The notes beneath the pieces are model-generated. The model saw only the letters and a list, made by a program, of their open reading frames with translations. It searched no databases and was not told where the DNA came from. This document shows, in pieces, positions 37,801 to 50,180 of a stretch of DNA of 64,000 nucleotides; the stretch's first letter is position 1, and the number at the start of each line of letters is the position of its first letter. Origin of the DNA: Felis catus (taxonomy: Eukaryota); contig NC_058372.1 of the NCBI RefSeq assembly GCF_018350175.1, positions 48,858,001-48,922,000 on the forward strand, in the 5' to 3' direction. The translations under genes and the position numbers were made by a program.

Positions 37801-38019
37801 GGGGCACCTGGGTGGCTCAGTTGGTTAAGCATCCAACTTCAGCTCAGGTCATAATATCGTGGTTAGTGAGTTCGAGCCCTGTGCCAGGCTCTGTGCTGAC
37901 AGCTCGGAGACTGGAGCCTGTTTCGGAATCTGTGACTCCCCCCACCCCGTCCACTCCCCAACTCATGCTCTGTCTCTGTCTCTGTCTCTCAAAAAATAAA
38001 TAAATGTTAAAAAAAATTT
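37801..38019 (+). mobile_element. Can-SINE
   Basis: TSD aagtgactcataaacc / aagtaactcataagcc (37785-37800 / 38020-38035). Confidence 0.96.
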
Positions 38020-38353
38020 AAGTAACTCATAAGCCATGAAATCCTATGATTTTAAAGTTCTGAGGAGTAAATATCACTGTTTTATATGAAAAGTTAGTCT
38101 AGGGTCTCTGATTCAAATAAGCTACAACAGTTAGTACATATAGAAGATACGTGTAATACATAGTAAATGCCCTTTCCAGCCCCCAGTGGTCAGCAGGTTG
38201 GATTCCAGTTAGTTGCTAAAGGCTGCCATGGTGTTCATCTGTGGCAGTTCCCTCTCCTATAGCACTGCTACTGGCTTTTCTGCAGTGATCATAATGGTAG
38301 CCCCCAAAGGAATTCTGCTCTTAGGCAAAGAAAATTGGTATGGGATAGAGTGG

Positions 38354-38590
38354 TGTGGTAATCATAGTTCTGTTTCCCATATATTTCCAGTCCTCCTCTC
38401 TAGCATGTGGTGGGATTAGTACCTGCACTCTTGAGGTTAGATGTGGTCATGTGGCTTGCTTCGGACTAGGAAAAGTGATACATGTCACCACCATGAAGGT
38501 TATGTGGATGAGCCAGAAATTGTTGTTTCAGGCCATTCATTTTTGGGTTTCTGTTAGGACAGCTTAACCTAACCTATCCTGACTGATGCA
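38354..38590 (+). mobile_element. MLT1 solo LTR relic, internally deleted
   Basis: ttgaggttagatgtggtcatgtggcttgcttcggac...cagcttaacctaacctatcctgactgatgca. Confidence 0.7.
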
Positions 38591-39162
38591 AGTGGGAAAT
38601 GAATTCTTCAATTAGGTTTCCCTGGAAGTTTTGTAATATCAGAGTAGTTACTTTTGAGATCTGCTATGTTGGTTCAGGCTGTAGCAGTGGTTGGAGACAG
38701 AAAAATGGAAAAGAGAGAACATAGGAAGTAAAATGTTCCATGACACCCAGTCAGGTTTGTAGTGGCCACCCTGGCTTGAAATGAGGTGCCTGTTTCTTTG
38801 ATAAGCATTTGCATTTTATACACAGCTAGGTACTTTTCCACAGAAGCTGCCTATTTTCTTGCTTCCCCACTTTCTGCTAGTAGCACAGTAATTCATTTGG
38901 AAGAATGCAGGGCATGTGGTGGACAGTGAGGACACAACAATGGAAAACATGGCTTATTTCAGTCTGGGCCACAGCAAAAGAGAGACAGTATAGAATTGCT
39001 TCAAGTCACTCTTCCCAAAAGATTGATCTCAAGTAGTTGCAGAATACTTAAGAGTGTCAAAGGAGCCAGTGTTATGTAAGAGAGACCATTGAATGTCTTA
39101 CCTCTCATTTTCTCCATTGGGTCAGACTTAGTTAAACCTTTAAATATGTAATTGAGCTGAAA

Positions 39163-39290
39163 ACAAGAGAAGAGAAGGGAAAGGAAGGAAAAAGAAAAGA
39201 AAAGGAAAAGAAAAGAAAAGAAAAGAGAAGAGAAGAGAAGAGAAGAGAAGAGAAGAGAAGAGAAGAGAAGAGAAGAGAAGAGAAGAAAGA
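39163..39290. repeat. Polypurine (GAAAA)n/(GAGAA)n microsatellite
   Basis: direct reading. Confidence 0.95.
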
Positions 39291-39299
39291 AATCCCCCT

Positions 39300-40860
39300 G
39301 GAAATCCCTTCCCTTCAGAAATGGGAAGGGAAATTAAAGCCAGAACACAAATCTCATGAACTGATGTCATCAGTATTAAGAGGGATATCAGATTGGATAT
39401 AGGCTTTAAAGGCTAAGGAATTGGGCTTGAACACCCAAATAAGGCTGAGATGTGGCTTTAGGCCTGTGTGAGGTAGAGAACTTGAACTTACATAAAGTCA
39501 GAACCCTTAAGTGATAGAACTAGAAAGATTCGTCCCACCAGCACAGAGAAGTGACCTGAATGTACTTTTCTGCCCTAGGCTATGGGTGGATAAAATGTCT
39601 TCTATGAGAAATTTAAAAACTAGGCTTGCCTATACAAGCTGTGGGTGTGGACTATAATTTTCACTACATGCATTTTCACTACAGGAGTTTCCTCAGGGCT
39701 ATAAATTAATGTAAAATGGTTCCCAGACCAGAGAAATTCCTAGAGTGCCAAGCACGAAACAAATGCAAAGTTCCTTGTAGCAAGATTACCATGATTTCCA
39801 GCTCCCCAGGAGGGAAAAAACATGGTAAGGTGAGCTCACAATAAAAATTATAAACCACACGAGGAAATGATGGATCCTAAAATATCAAGATAGTGGGAAA
39901 ATCCAAAGATACTTTAAATAAGAATATTTTAAGTAAGTAAAATAGCATGGAAACCATAAGGAAAAGAACCCATTATGAACTAGAAGAGGCAGATTTGAAA
40001 AAGATCTAAATGGAATTTCTAGAAACAAAAAGTATAGTCATTGAAATCATGTAAAACCTAATTTGATGTGTTAAACATCTGGATTAAACTTAGAGAAGGC
40101 ATTAATGAACAGAAAGCCACATTTTGGTAATTATTCAAAATGAAGCATGGAGAGAAAAAAATGAATGAAGTAGAAGGCTGAGGCATAAAATGAAAAGAAT
40201 CAGAAACAGGAAATAAAGGTAGTGGTGATCAGATCATATTTAATTGAATCAATAATGACTGAAAATTTACTAAAGCAAATGACAAAGTGACCCTTAAGAA
40301 GCACAATGAGTACCAAGCAGGATAAATAAAAATGCATCCACAAAAAGACTTATCTTGGAAAAATGGCAAAATGCCAACTATGAAGTAAAGAAGGACCTAG
40401 GAAGGAACATTTCTATGTAAAAAGGATTACTCATCAACAAAATGAAGGCAAGAAGATAATAAGAGGGATGTCTTCACAGAGCTGAGTGAAAAAAAAATGC
40501 ATTTTTACAAATCCATTTGTATTTTTAATGTTTATTTATTTTGAGGGAGAGAGTGTGCACTAGTGGGGACGGAGCAGGGAGAGACAGAGAGAATCCCAAG
40601 CAGTCTCCCTGCTGTCAGCACAGAGCTGGACGTGAGGCTCAATCTCATGAACTGGGAGATTGTGACCTGAGCCAAAACCAAGAGTCTAATGCTTAATCAA
40701 CTGAGCCACCCAGGCACCCTTTAGAAATCCATTTAGACAAAACTGGGTGGTGCCCATTCATAGAATGTTGCTGAATGAGATAATCTAAAGTAGGTAAGAA
40801 GGAAATTAAACCCAGAAGGAGAGAAATCAAGAAGCAATGCTAAATCAGGAACTGATAAGC
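39300..40860 (+). mobile_element. Ancient L1M-like 5'/ORF1 relic, interrupted by a SINE
   Basis: ggcagatttgaaaaag...tggaatttctagaaacaaaaagtatagtcattgaaat...agcacaatgagtaccaagcaggataaataaaa. Confidence 0.65.
40519..40719 (-). mobile_element. Can-SINE (older subfamily)
   Basis: TSD ttta(c/g)aaatccattt (40504-40518 / 40720-40734). Confidence 0.94.
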
Positions 40861-41586
40861 AGTGAACCAGATGTCTGTCTTACCTGAGATATGACACTGG
40901 TGGACAGAAAGGGCTCTGGGCATAGGGAGAACTATAGGTCAGCCTCCATTTACCAGAGGAGAGGGTTTGTACACTGAGGGCACAGGGAGCTCAGTTAATC
41001 CCCCAAGGGTTATACTTCAATTTCAGGAGGATTATTAATTTTGAAAGGTCAATTTTTAAGCCTCGATGTGCAATAAATGCTCATTGGCTGGACGTCTCAG
41101 TGATCAGGCTTCTCATCTCTTTACTTCCCTTTGAGTTGTCCCTCTATGAGGAAGGGACCCCATGTCATATTCTCTGCTCTGGGTCCTGGATCAGTAAGAC
41201 TTTATATGACAAAACAGTCTTTATAACATTGTACATCCCATCTTGGCTCTTATCCATGCCATGCCAGTCTTAGTTGCCAGTAACCTCTGGAACTTTGGTT
41301 CTTGGTATTTTGCCTATTTGGTTTGGACCATGTGTTTGCTCATACCCAGATGCTGACCTTGGTTCATTCCCACCTGGTTTCACTTTTTTCATGCTTAACT
41401 GCCCCACCCCCTCTTTCTCCAGCCCTCTTCCCCTCAAATCCACAGGTCAGTCTTGATTCCTTCCTATTTGTTGCATGTTACTCCAGAGTGGGCACTAGCA
41501 TCTCAAATGGCTCAGTTATAATACCTGACACTCTGTATATTCATCTCTCTGCCACACCATCTCCCCTTGTTCTTGTTGGTTTAGGG

Positions 41587-41770
41587 CAATAGTTTTCATA
41601 TTTAGGACACATCAGAATCCCATGGGTGGATTGTTAAAATAGATTGCAAGGCTACATCCTGGAGTGCCAGATTTTAGTAAATCTGGGGTGGGGTCCAAGA
41701 ACTTTCATTGTAACAAGTTTTGGCTTATGCTAATGCTGCTGGTCTGAGGGCCACAGTGTGACATCCACTG
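41587..41770. mobile_element. MER5A hAT MITE
   Basis: catcagaatccc...ttgttaaaatagattgc...tctggggtggggtccaagaa...atgctgctggtctgagggccaca. Confidence 0.8.
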
Positions 41771-41848
41771 GGAATCCCTACTCTGCTGTCTTCCCAGAAC
41801 CCCCCTTTTTGTTTTCCCCAAGTTTTGTTCATACTACTATTATGATAT

Positions 41849-41914
41849 TGTTATGTTATGTTATGTTATGTTATGTTATGTTATGTTATGTTATGTTATG
41901 TTATGTTATGTTAT
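41849..41914. repeat. (TTATG)n pentanucleotide microsatellite
   Basis: about 12 perfect units, direct reading. Confidence 0.95.
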
Positions 41915-42366
41915 ATATTTAAAACATAATTTGTGGGAGTTATTTGTCAATACCTTCATCTAGGGAATAGTCCTTTATCTAGGTGTATCCAGAAACGTTG
42001 CAAGTATGAGTCATCTCTTTTAATTTTTATTCAAATAATTTGCAACCTAATGTCTAGCTGCTAAGTTTATAGTCATGGGAAGAGGTAGAAATTTGGTCAA
42101 GGAAACTGCCTAGCAGTCTCACAGATAAGTCACACAATTGCAACTGAAACCCTGGTGAGAATAAACTCAATGCCCATGCTCTTGGCCACAATGCTGTCCT
42201 GTCTCCACCTCCTTTTTATTTCATAAAGCTATATTGGAAAGAGCCACCATATGACTAGTTATTGGACACATGTACTGGTTACATAGGACGTTCCTGGGAA
42301 GATGAAGTCTTGTCAGGGTTAGGGGTCAATGGTGAGGCATTGAAATGACAATTGGATTACTGCCTT

Positions 42367-42589
42367 TTTTTTTTAATTTTTTTTTTCAACGTTTATTTAT
42401 TTTTGGGACAGAGAGAGACAGAGCATGAACGGGGGAGGGGCAGAGAGAGAGGGAGACACAGAATCGGAAACAGGCTCCAGGCTCTGAGCCATCAGCCCAG
42501 AGCCTGACGCGGGGCTCGAACTCACGGACCGCGAGATCGTGACCTGGCTGAAGTCGGACGCTTAACCGACTGTGCCACCCAGGCGCCCC
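42367..42589 (-). mobile_element. Very young SINEC_Fc-type Can-SINE
   Basis: nearly all CpGs intact; perfect TSD ggattactgcctt (42354-42366 / 42590-42602); clean T tail. Confidence 0.98.
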
Positions 42590-43414
42590 GGATTACTGCC
42601 TTCTTTATCCAGAAGAGTGCATAGCTAGTGACCTCAAATATATGATGAGACCAATCACATCAATCACATTATCCAAAGTCTCCATGAGGAAAAATGTATG
42701 GGCTTCTCAGAAGATGATGTCTTCCTACAACATTGAATAATTTGGTTAGCTATTGTATGCCAGAAAGTTAGTGGTTTCTACAACTGATAATGAACAAATG
42801 TAAATGCATTTCAGTCACCTCTTGTCATTGTCTTTGGAGGAAAACATCCCCCTTGGTGTTAGTTTCAAAGGAATCTACTGCTGCATCTTTCTTGCCTGGT
42901 TTTGTTAATAGTAAACACTATGAGGTCCAACTCTGGTCACCAATGTGCATAACTGCTAAATGATTTCTGACAGAATCAGGGAATAATTCCTGACTTGGAG
43001 CAAAATAACTTGCATTTCCCCAGGAAAAACCGTTGTGTCCTTCCCTTCCCTCTGTTGCTCTCTTGGTGTGTCGCCATCCCTCCTTGCTTCCTTGCTTCCT
43101 TCCTCCCTCCCTCTTCTTTCTTTCCTGGTATTATTGGCTTTCACCTGCATTTTTTTTTTTTTAATGAGAGAACCACCTTGAAGGCTTTTTTTTTTTTTTC
43201 ATTAATTCAGCCCCCCGTAACCTCTTGTCAAAGCAGGAGGAAAGTTGCCTAATCAAATAGTGTTGATACCAACCATATGTTCCAGAAGTTGAGTTTTCTC
43301 CCACTGGTTAGAAAGATAATTAGATAAGGCTAGTCTTCATATCAATAGTTAACAGTTTAAGAAACAGCAAGAGTCTTGCCTCTCAGATTGCTGACACTTG
43401 GCATTTCTTTAAGG

Positions 43415-44066
43415 CAGTGGTTCTAAACCCTAGTTGCTTAATAGAATCACATGAAGTGCTTTAAAAAAACATTAATGCCCAATACTTGCCCTCCCTTCCA
43501 AGATTTAGATTAAATTAGTCTGGACTGGGACTTGGGTATCAGTATTTTAAAAAACAAATCAAAAGCAGAAAACAATAAAAAACACTCTAGATGATTACAA
43601 CTGCTTTAAGGTATTGGTCCATAGTATTCTTTTCTTCTTATCCAACATACCTGTGATAAATGACACACTGACCTGAGGACTAATGAGTTTCATAGAAGCC
43701 AGGAAAGGGTGTGGACCAGAATTGCTTAGCTCAGTGATTCTCAAATGTGGTCCTGGACCAATAGCATCAGCATTGTCTGGGAACTTGTTAGACATACAAA
43801 TTCTTGGGCCTGACCCCAGAGCTCTGGGAAGGTACCCAGCAATCCATATCTTAACAAGCCCTGCAGGGCATTCTGATACCCAGTGAAGTTCGAGAACCAT
43901 TGTGTTGGAGCTTTATTACTCCTTGTGTGTTCCAATCTCGGCATCATGTCAGAGCCTGTTTAGAAATGCAGCTGTCAGACCCTCCTCTAGATTTACCAAA
44001 TGAGAACCAGCATTTTAACAGGACCCCTGATCATTTTTATACATATTAAAGTTTGAGAAGCACTGT
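43415..44066. mobile_element. Three MER5-family hAT MITEs (~43415-43615, 43732-43901, 43908-44066)
   Basis: termini cagtggttctaaac, cagtgattctcaaa...gagaaccattg, and ...aaagtttgagaagcactg. Confidence 0.8.
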
Positions 44067-44124
44067 GTTAGAGGAAGTTTGTGTATTTTTAAAAATTCCA
44101 CTGATCCCTCTTCAAGATATATTT

Positions 44125-44586
44125 ATGTGAAGGCAACACTGGCCGTTAGGACCGATAAATTCAGAAATCTGTGGCTTAACATAATGCAAATTTATTTCCT
44201 GTCCCACTTAATCAGTGGCAAGGGGGGAACTATGTTCTACACAGTCAGTGTGGAGATGACAGACTGTTGTTTTCAAACTGGGTTTCCAAAGTCACTCTGA
44301 ATGTGTGTTACCGTCCATTGGAAAAGGGGGGAGGAGAGAGTGGGATTTCTTTGGGATATTCTTGGTCCTTGTCTTGGTGATATACACATCACCAGACAAG
44401 TGATGTGTATCATTTCTCCCCACATTCCATTGGTCAGCAACCAGCCACATAGTTCTGCCCAGATATAAGGCAGATATAAGGGCTTCCAAATATAATGCCA
44501 GGCCAGGCAGCTGCTACCCAGCAACACCTCTGTCCCATGCAAGGAAAGCATGGATCTGTGGCAATTAGTTACCAGTCTTTGCCACA
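44125..44586 (-). mobile_element. MLT1J-like solo LTR
   Basis: gtggcttaacata...atttatttcct...cacattccattggtcagcaacc...cagtctttgccaca. Confidence 0.7.
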
Positions 44587-45044
44587 TTACAGGTCCTGAA
44601 ACTGACCACATAGGGAAAGAGACATGGGCCTGATCCCAGTTACCTAAAATCAGTTTGGAGGGGACAATCCTGTCCCTTAGAATTACTCATGTTTTGGTAT
44701 GGATTATAGACTCTCTCCCATGGTTTTTAAGTTTAAGTCTTCTTAGATATTGGATTCAGAAACTAGTTATCATAGAGATTTAGATACAATGAAAATGTAG
44801 GTAGAGAATATGTAGGATAGAGGAAATTGCAAAGAAAACGGGAGACCTGGTCGACCAATTAATGTTCACTGAAATTAGTGTTTACAGGCACATTCACATT
44901 TATTATATTTTAGTGTTTTTGTCTATAATTTTCATAAAAGGAAATGAGTCCTGGAGAGGTTAAGAAACTTTTCTAGGGTCACAAAGCTGGTATATCTAAC
45001 GCTTTCATATTCAAAGTATATTTCTATTGTGAAACATGATACAG

Positions 45045-45480
45045 TCATGACAGACTTGAAAATGTCCTCCATCATCCCTGACTCTTGATATTTGCACCCT
45101 TGTATAAATCCCTCTGCTTCAGTGTGAGCAGGGCTTGTAATTCACTTCTAACCAATAGAAAATAGCAAAGGTGATGGGATTGTAATATGTTACATAGAGT
45201 GTCTTGCTGGCAGATTTGCTAGAGAGTGTCTCTCTCTCTCCATTGCTGGCTTTGAAGAAGCAAGCTGCCATGCATCCCACAGGCAGAGGAAATGGAATCT
45301 GCCAGGGAACTCAGGGAGCATGATGGGTTCTTCTCCAACTGAGCGTCTGATGAGAACCCAGACTCAGCTGCCTTATATGACTAAGCAGACAATGCAGCTT
45401 AGCTGTGCCAGGACTCCTGAACCACAAAAACTGTGAAGTAGTAAGTGTGTGGTTATTTAAACCACTACCTTTGTGATGTT
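45045..45480 (+). mobile_element. MLT1E-like solo LTR
   Basis: cttctaaccaatagaaaatagcaaaggtgatggga...tgctggctttgaagaagcaagctgccatg...aaactgtga. Confidence 0.8.
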
Positions 45481-46194
45481 CAACTTTCAACTACTTTTGG
45501 TTGTATTTTTATGTACTTATGGTGCATGTGGCTTTTGTATGGCCCAATTAACTGACCTGACAATTCTTTCATCACTGATACTGTGTATATACAATTGCAT
45601 CTTTTCATCCATTTATTTGTAAAAACATACAAAATGATAGCTCAGTAATAGATAGCTCAATAGATTTCTCCCGTTGCTATACCTCTAATAACCCAGGTAT
45701 CTGGCATTCCTTCAATAGGGGAAAAGGAAGATTTGATATCCTTTGTTATAAGTTCTTGGCTCAAATTTACAGCAAACACATGGAAATTACTGATTCTATC
45801 TTCTGATAGTGCATTCTGACTCCTAGATGCTATTGTCCACTTCATTTGACTTCTTTTACCAGAAATATCCTCTCATTTATAGCAGCTAATGTAGCAGCTG
45901 CATCTTTGTATTTATGAAATTCCATAAAATATTATGGGTCATTCTCTGTTATTATTTTTTTAAATTTAATTTAATTTTTTTAAAATTTACATCCAAATTA
46001 GCATTTAGTGAAACAATGATTTCAGGAGTAGATTCCTTAATGACCCTTACCCATTTAGCCCATCCCCCCTCCTACAACCCCTCCAGCAGCCCTCAGTTTG
46101 TTCTCTATATTTAAGTGTCTTCTGTTTTGTCCCCTGCCCTGTTTTTATATTATTTTTGTTTCCCTTCCTTTATGTTAATCTGTTTTGTCTCACT

Positions 46195-46341
46195 TCATAT
46201 GAGTGAAGTCATGTGATTTTTGTCTTTCTCTGACTAATTTCACTTAGCATGATACCCTCCAGTTCCATTCATGTAGTTGCAAATGGCAAGATTTCATTAT
46301 TTTTTGATAGCCGAGTAATACTCCATTGTGTGTGTGTGTGT

Positions 46342-46374
<33 letters not shown>

Positions 46375-49300
46375 ACATCTTTTTTATCCATTCATCCATC
46401 AGTGGACATTTGGGCTCTTTCCATACTTTGGCTATTGTTGATAGTGCTGCTATAAACATGGGGTAAACATGGGGGTGCATGTGTCCCTCTGAATCAGCAC
46501 ATCTGTATCCTGTGGATAAATGCCTAGTAGTGCAATTGCTGGGTCGTAGGGTAGTTCTATTTTTAGTTTTTTGAGGAACCTCCATACTGTTTTCCAGAGT
46601 GGCTGCACCAGCTTGCATTCCCACCAACAATGCAAAAGAGATCCTCTTTCTCCGCATCCTTGGCAACATCTGTTGTTGCCTGAGTTGTTAATGTTAGCCA
46701 TTGTGACAGGTGTAAGGTGTTATCTTGTTGTGGTTTTGATTTGTATTTCCCTGATGATGAGTGGTGTTGAGCATTTTTTCATGTGTTGGTTGGCCATCTG
46801 GATGTCTTCCTTGGAAAAATACCTATTCATGTCTTTTGCCATTTTATTCACAGGATTATTTGTTTTTTGGGTGTTGAGTTTGAGAAGTTCTTTATAGATT
46901 TTGGATGCTAATCCTTTATCTGATATGTCATTTGCAAATATCTTCTCCCATTTCACTGGTTGCCTTTTAGTTTTCCTGGTTGTTTCCTTCACTGTGCAGA
47001 AGATTTTTATTTTGATGAGGTCCCAGTAGTTCATTTTTGCTTTGGTTCCCCTTGCTTCCAGAGTCATGTTGAGTAAGAAGTTGCTGCGGCCAGGATCAAA
47101 GAGGTTTTTGCCTGCTTTCTCCTCAAGGGTTTTATTGGCTTCCTGTCTTACATTGAGGTCTTTCATCCATTTTGAGTTTATTTTTGTGTATGGTGTAAGA
47201 AAGTGGTCCAGGTTCATTCTTCTGCATGTCGCTGTCCAGTTTTCCCAGCACCACTTGCTGAAGAGACTGTCTTTATTCCATTGGATATTCTTTCCTGCTT
47301 TGTCAAAGATTAGTTGGCCATATGTTTGTGGGTCCATTTCTGGGTTCTCTATTCTGTTCCATTGATCTGAGTGTCTGTTCTTGTGCCAGTACCATACTGT
47401 CTTGATGATTACAACTTTGTAGTATAGCTTGAAGTCTGGGATTATGATGCCTCCTGTTTTGTTTTTTTTTTTTTCAACATTGCTTTGGCTATTCGGGGTC
47501 TTTTCTGACTCCATACAAATTTTAGGATTGTTTGTTCTAGCTCTGTGAAGAATGCTGGTGTTACTTTGATAGGGATTGCATTGAATATGTAGATTGCTTT
47601 GGGTACTATAGACATTTTAACAACATTTGTTCTTCCTATCCAGGAGCATGGAATATTTTTCAATTTTTTGGTGTCTTCTTCAATTTCTTTCATAAGCTTT
47701 CTACAGTTGTCAGTGTATAGATGTTTCACCTCTTTGGTGAGATTTATTACTAGGTATTTTATGGTTTTTTGGTGCAACTATAAATGGAATCAATTCCTTG
47801 ATTTCTCTTTCTGTCACTTCATTGTTGGTGTATAGGAATGCAACCGATTTCTGTGTATTGATTTTATATCCTGCAACTTTGCTGAATTCATGAATCAATT
47901 CTAGCAGTTTTTTGGTGGAATCTTTTGGGTTTTCCATATAGAGTATCATGTCATCTGTGAAGAGTGAAAGTTTGACCTCCTCCTGGCCAATTTGGATGCC
48001 TTTTATTTCTTTCTGTTGTTTGATTGCCGAGGCTAAGACTTCCAATACTGTGTTGAATAACAGTGGCAAGAGTGGACATCCCTGTCATGTTCCTGACCTT
48101 AGGGGGAAAGCTCTCAGTTTTTCCCTATTGAGGATGATATTAGCATTGGGTCGTTCATATATGGCTTTTATGGTCTCAAGGTATGCTCCTTCTATCCCTA
48201 CTTTCTTGAGGGTTTTTATCAAGAAACGATGCTGTATTTTGTCAAATGCTTTCTCTGCATCTATTGAGAGGATCATATGGTTCTTGTCCTTTCTTTTATT
48301 GATGTGATAAATCACGTTAATTGTTTTGCAGATATTGAACCAGCCCTGCATCCTAGGTATAAATCCCACTTGGTCATGGTGAATAATTTTTTTAACGTAT
48401 AGTTGGATCTGATTGACTAATATCTTGTTGAGGATTTTTGCATCCATGTTCATCAGGGAAATTGGTCTGTAGTTCTCCTTTTTAGTGTGGTCTCTGTCTG
48501 GTTCTGGAATCGAGGTAATGCTGGCTTTATACAAAGAATTTGGAAGTTTTCCTTCCATTTCTATTTTTTGGAACAGTTTCAAGAGAATAGGTGTTAACTC
48601 TTCCTTCAATGTTTGGTAGAATTCCCCCTGGAAAGCCATCTGCCCCTGGACGCTTGTTTTTTGGCAGATTTTTGATTACTAATTTGATTTCCTTACTGGT
48701 TATGGGTCTGTTCAAATTTTCTGTTTCTTTCCATTTCAGTTTTGGTAGTGTATATGTTTCTAGGAATTTGTCCATCTCTTCCAGATTGCCCATTTTACTG
48801 GCATATAATTGCTCATAACATTCTCTTATTACTGTTTTTATTTTTGTTGTGTTTGTGATCTCTCCTCTTTCATTTTTTATTTTATTATTTGGGTCCTTTC
48901 CTTTTTCTTTTTGATCAAACTGGCTAGTGGTTTATCAATTTTGTTAATTCTTTCAAAGAACCACATTCTGGTTTCATTGCTTTGTTCTAGTGTTTTTTTG
49001 GTTTCGATAGCATTAATTTCTGCCCTAATCTTTATTATTTCCTGTCTTCTGCTGGTTTTGGGTTTTATTTGCTGTTCTTTTTCCAGCTCCTTAAGGCATC
49101 AGTTTAGGTTATGTATCTGAGATCTTTCTTCCTTCTTTAGGAAGGCCTGGATTGCTGTATACTTTCCTCTTATGACCGCCTTTGCTGCGTCCAAGAGGTT
49201 TTGGGTCATGGTGTTATCATTTTCATTGACTTCCATATACTTTTTAATTTCCTCTTTAACTGCTTGGTTAGCCCATTCATTCTTTAGTAGGATGTTGTTC

Positions 49301-50052
49301 AGTCTCCAAGTATTTTTTACCTTTCCAAATTTTTTCTTGTGGTTGATTTCGAGTTTCATAGCGTTGTGGTCTGAAAATATGCACGGTATGATCTCAATCT
49401 TTTTGTACTTAGTTAGGGCTGATTTGTGTCCCAGTATATGGTCTATTCTGGAGAATGTTCCATGTGCACTGGAGAAGAATGTATATTCAGCTGCTTTAGG
49501 ATGAAATGTTCTGAATATATCTGTTAAGTCCATCTGGTCCAGTGTGTAATTTAAAGTCATTGTTTCCTTGTTGATTTTTTGATTAGATGATCTGTCCATC
49601 ACTGTGAGTGGGGTGTTGAAGTCTCCTACTATTATGGTATTACTATCGATGAGTTTCTTTATGTTTGTGACTAATTGATTTATATATTTGTGTGCTCTCA
49701 CATTTGGCTTATAAATGTTTACAATTGTTAGGTCTTCTTGGTCCATAGACCTCTTGATTATGATATAATGCCCTTCTGCACCTCTTGATGCAGTCTTTAT
49801 TTTAAGGTCTAGATTGTCTAATATAAGTATGGCTACTCTGGCTTTCTTTTGTTGACCATTACCATGATGGATGGTTCTCCATCCCCTTATTTTCAATCTG
49901 AAGGTGTCTTTAGGTCTAAAGTGGGTCTCTTGTAAACAGCATATAGATGGATCTTGTTTTCTTATCCATTCTGTTACCCTATGTCTTTTGATTGGAGCAT
50001 TGAGTCCATTGACATTTAGAGTGAGTACTGAAGGATATGAATTTATTGACAT
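46195..50052 (-). pseudogene. L1 ORF2 (APE endonuclease, reverse transcriptase, Cys-rich domain), disrupted
   Basis: EN motifs LNVNGLN, CCLQETH, VGDFNTPL, SRIDHIL, SDHN; RT motifs NYRPISL, DAEKAFD, LFTDDM; CCQGCGE...HCWWEC; broken into at least 7 ORF-track fragments by stops and frameshifts. Confidence 0.96.
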
Positions 50053-50121
50053 TATGATGCTTGTAGAGTTGGAGTTTCTGGTGGTGTTCCCTGGTCCTTT
50101 CTAATCTTTTGTTGCTTTTGG

Positions 50122-50170
50122 TATTTATTTATTTATTTATTTATTTATCTATCTATCTATCTATCTATCT
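50122..50170. repeat. Compound (TATT)n(TATC)n microsatellite in the L1 inter-ORF spacer
   Basis: direct reading. Confidence 0.9.
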
Positions 50171-50180
50171 TTTCATCTTT

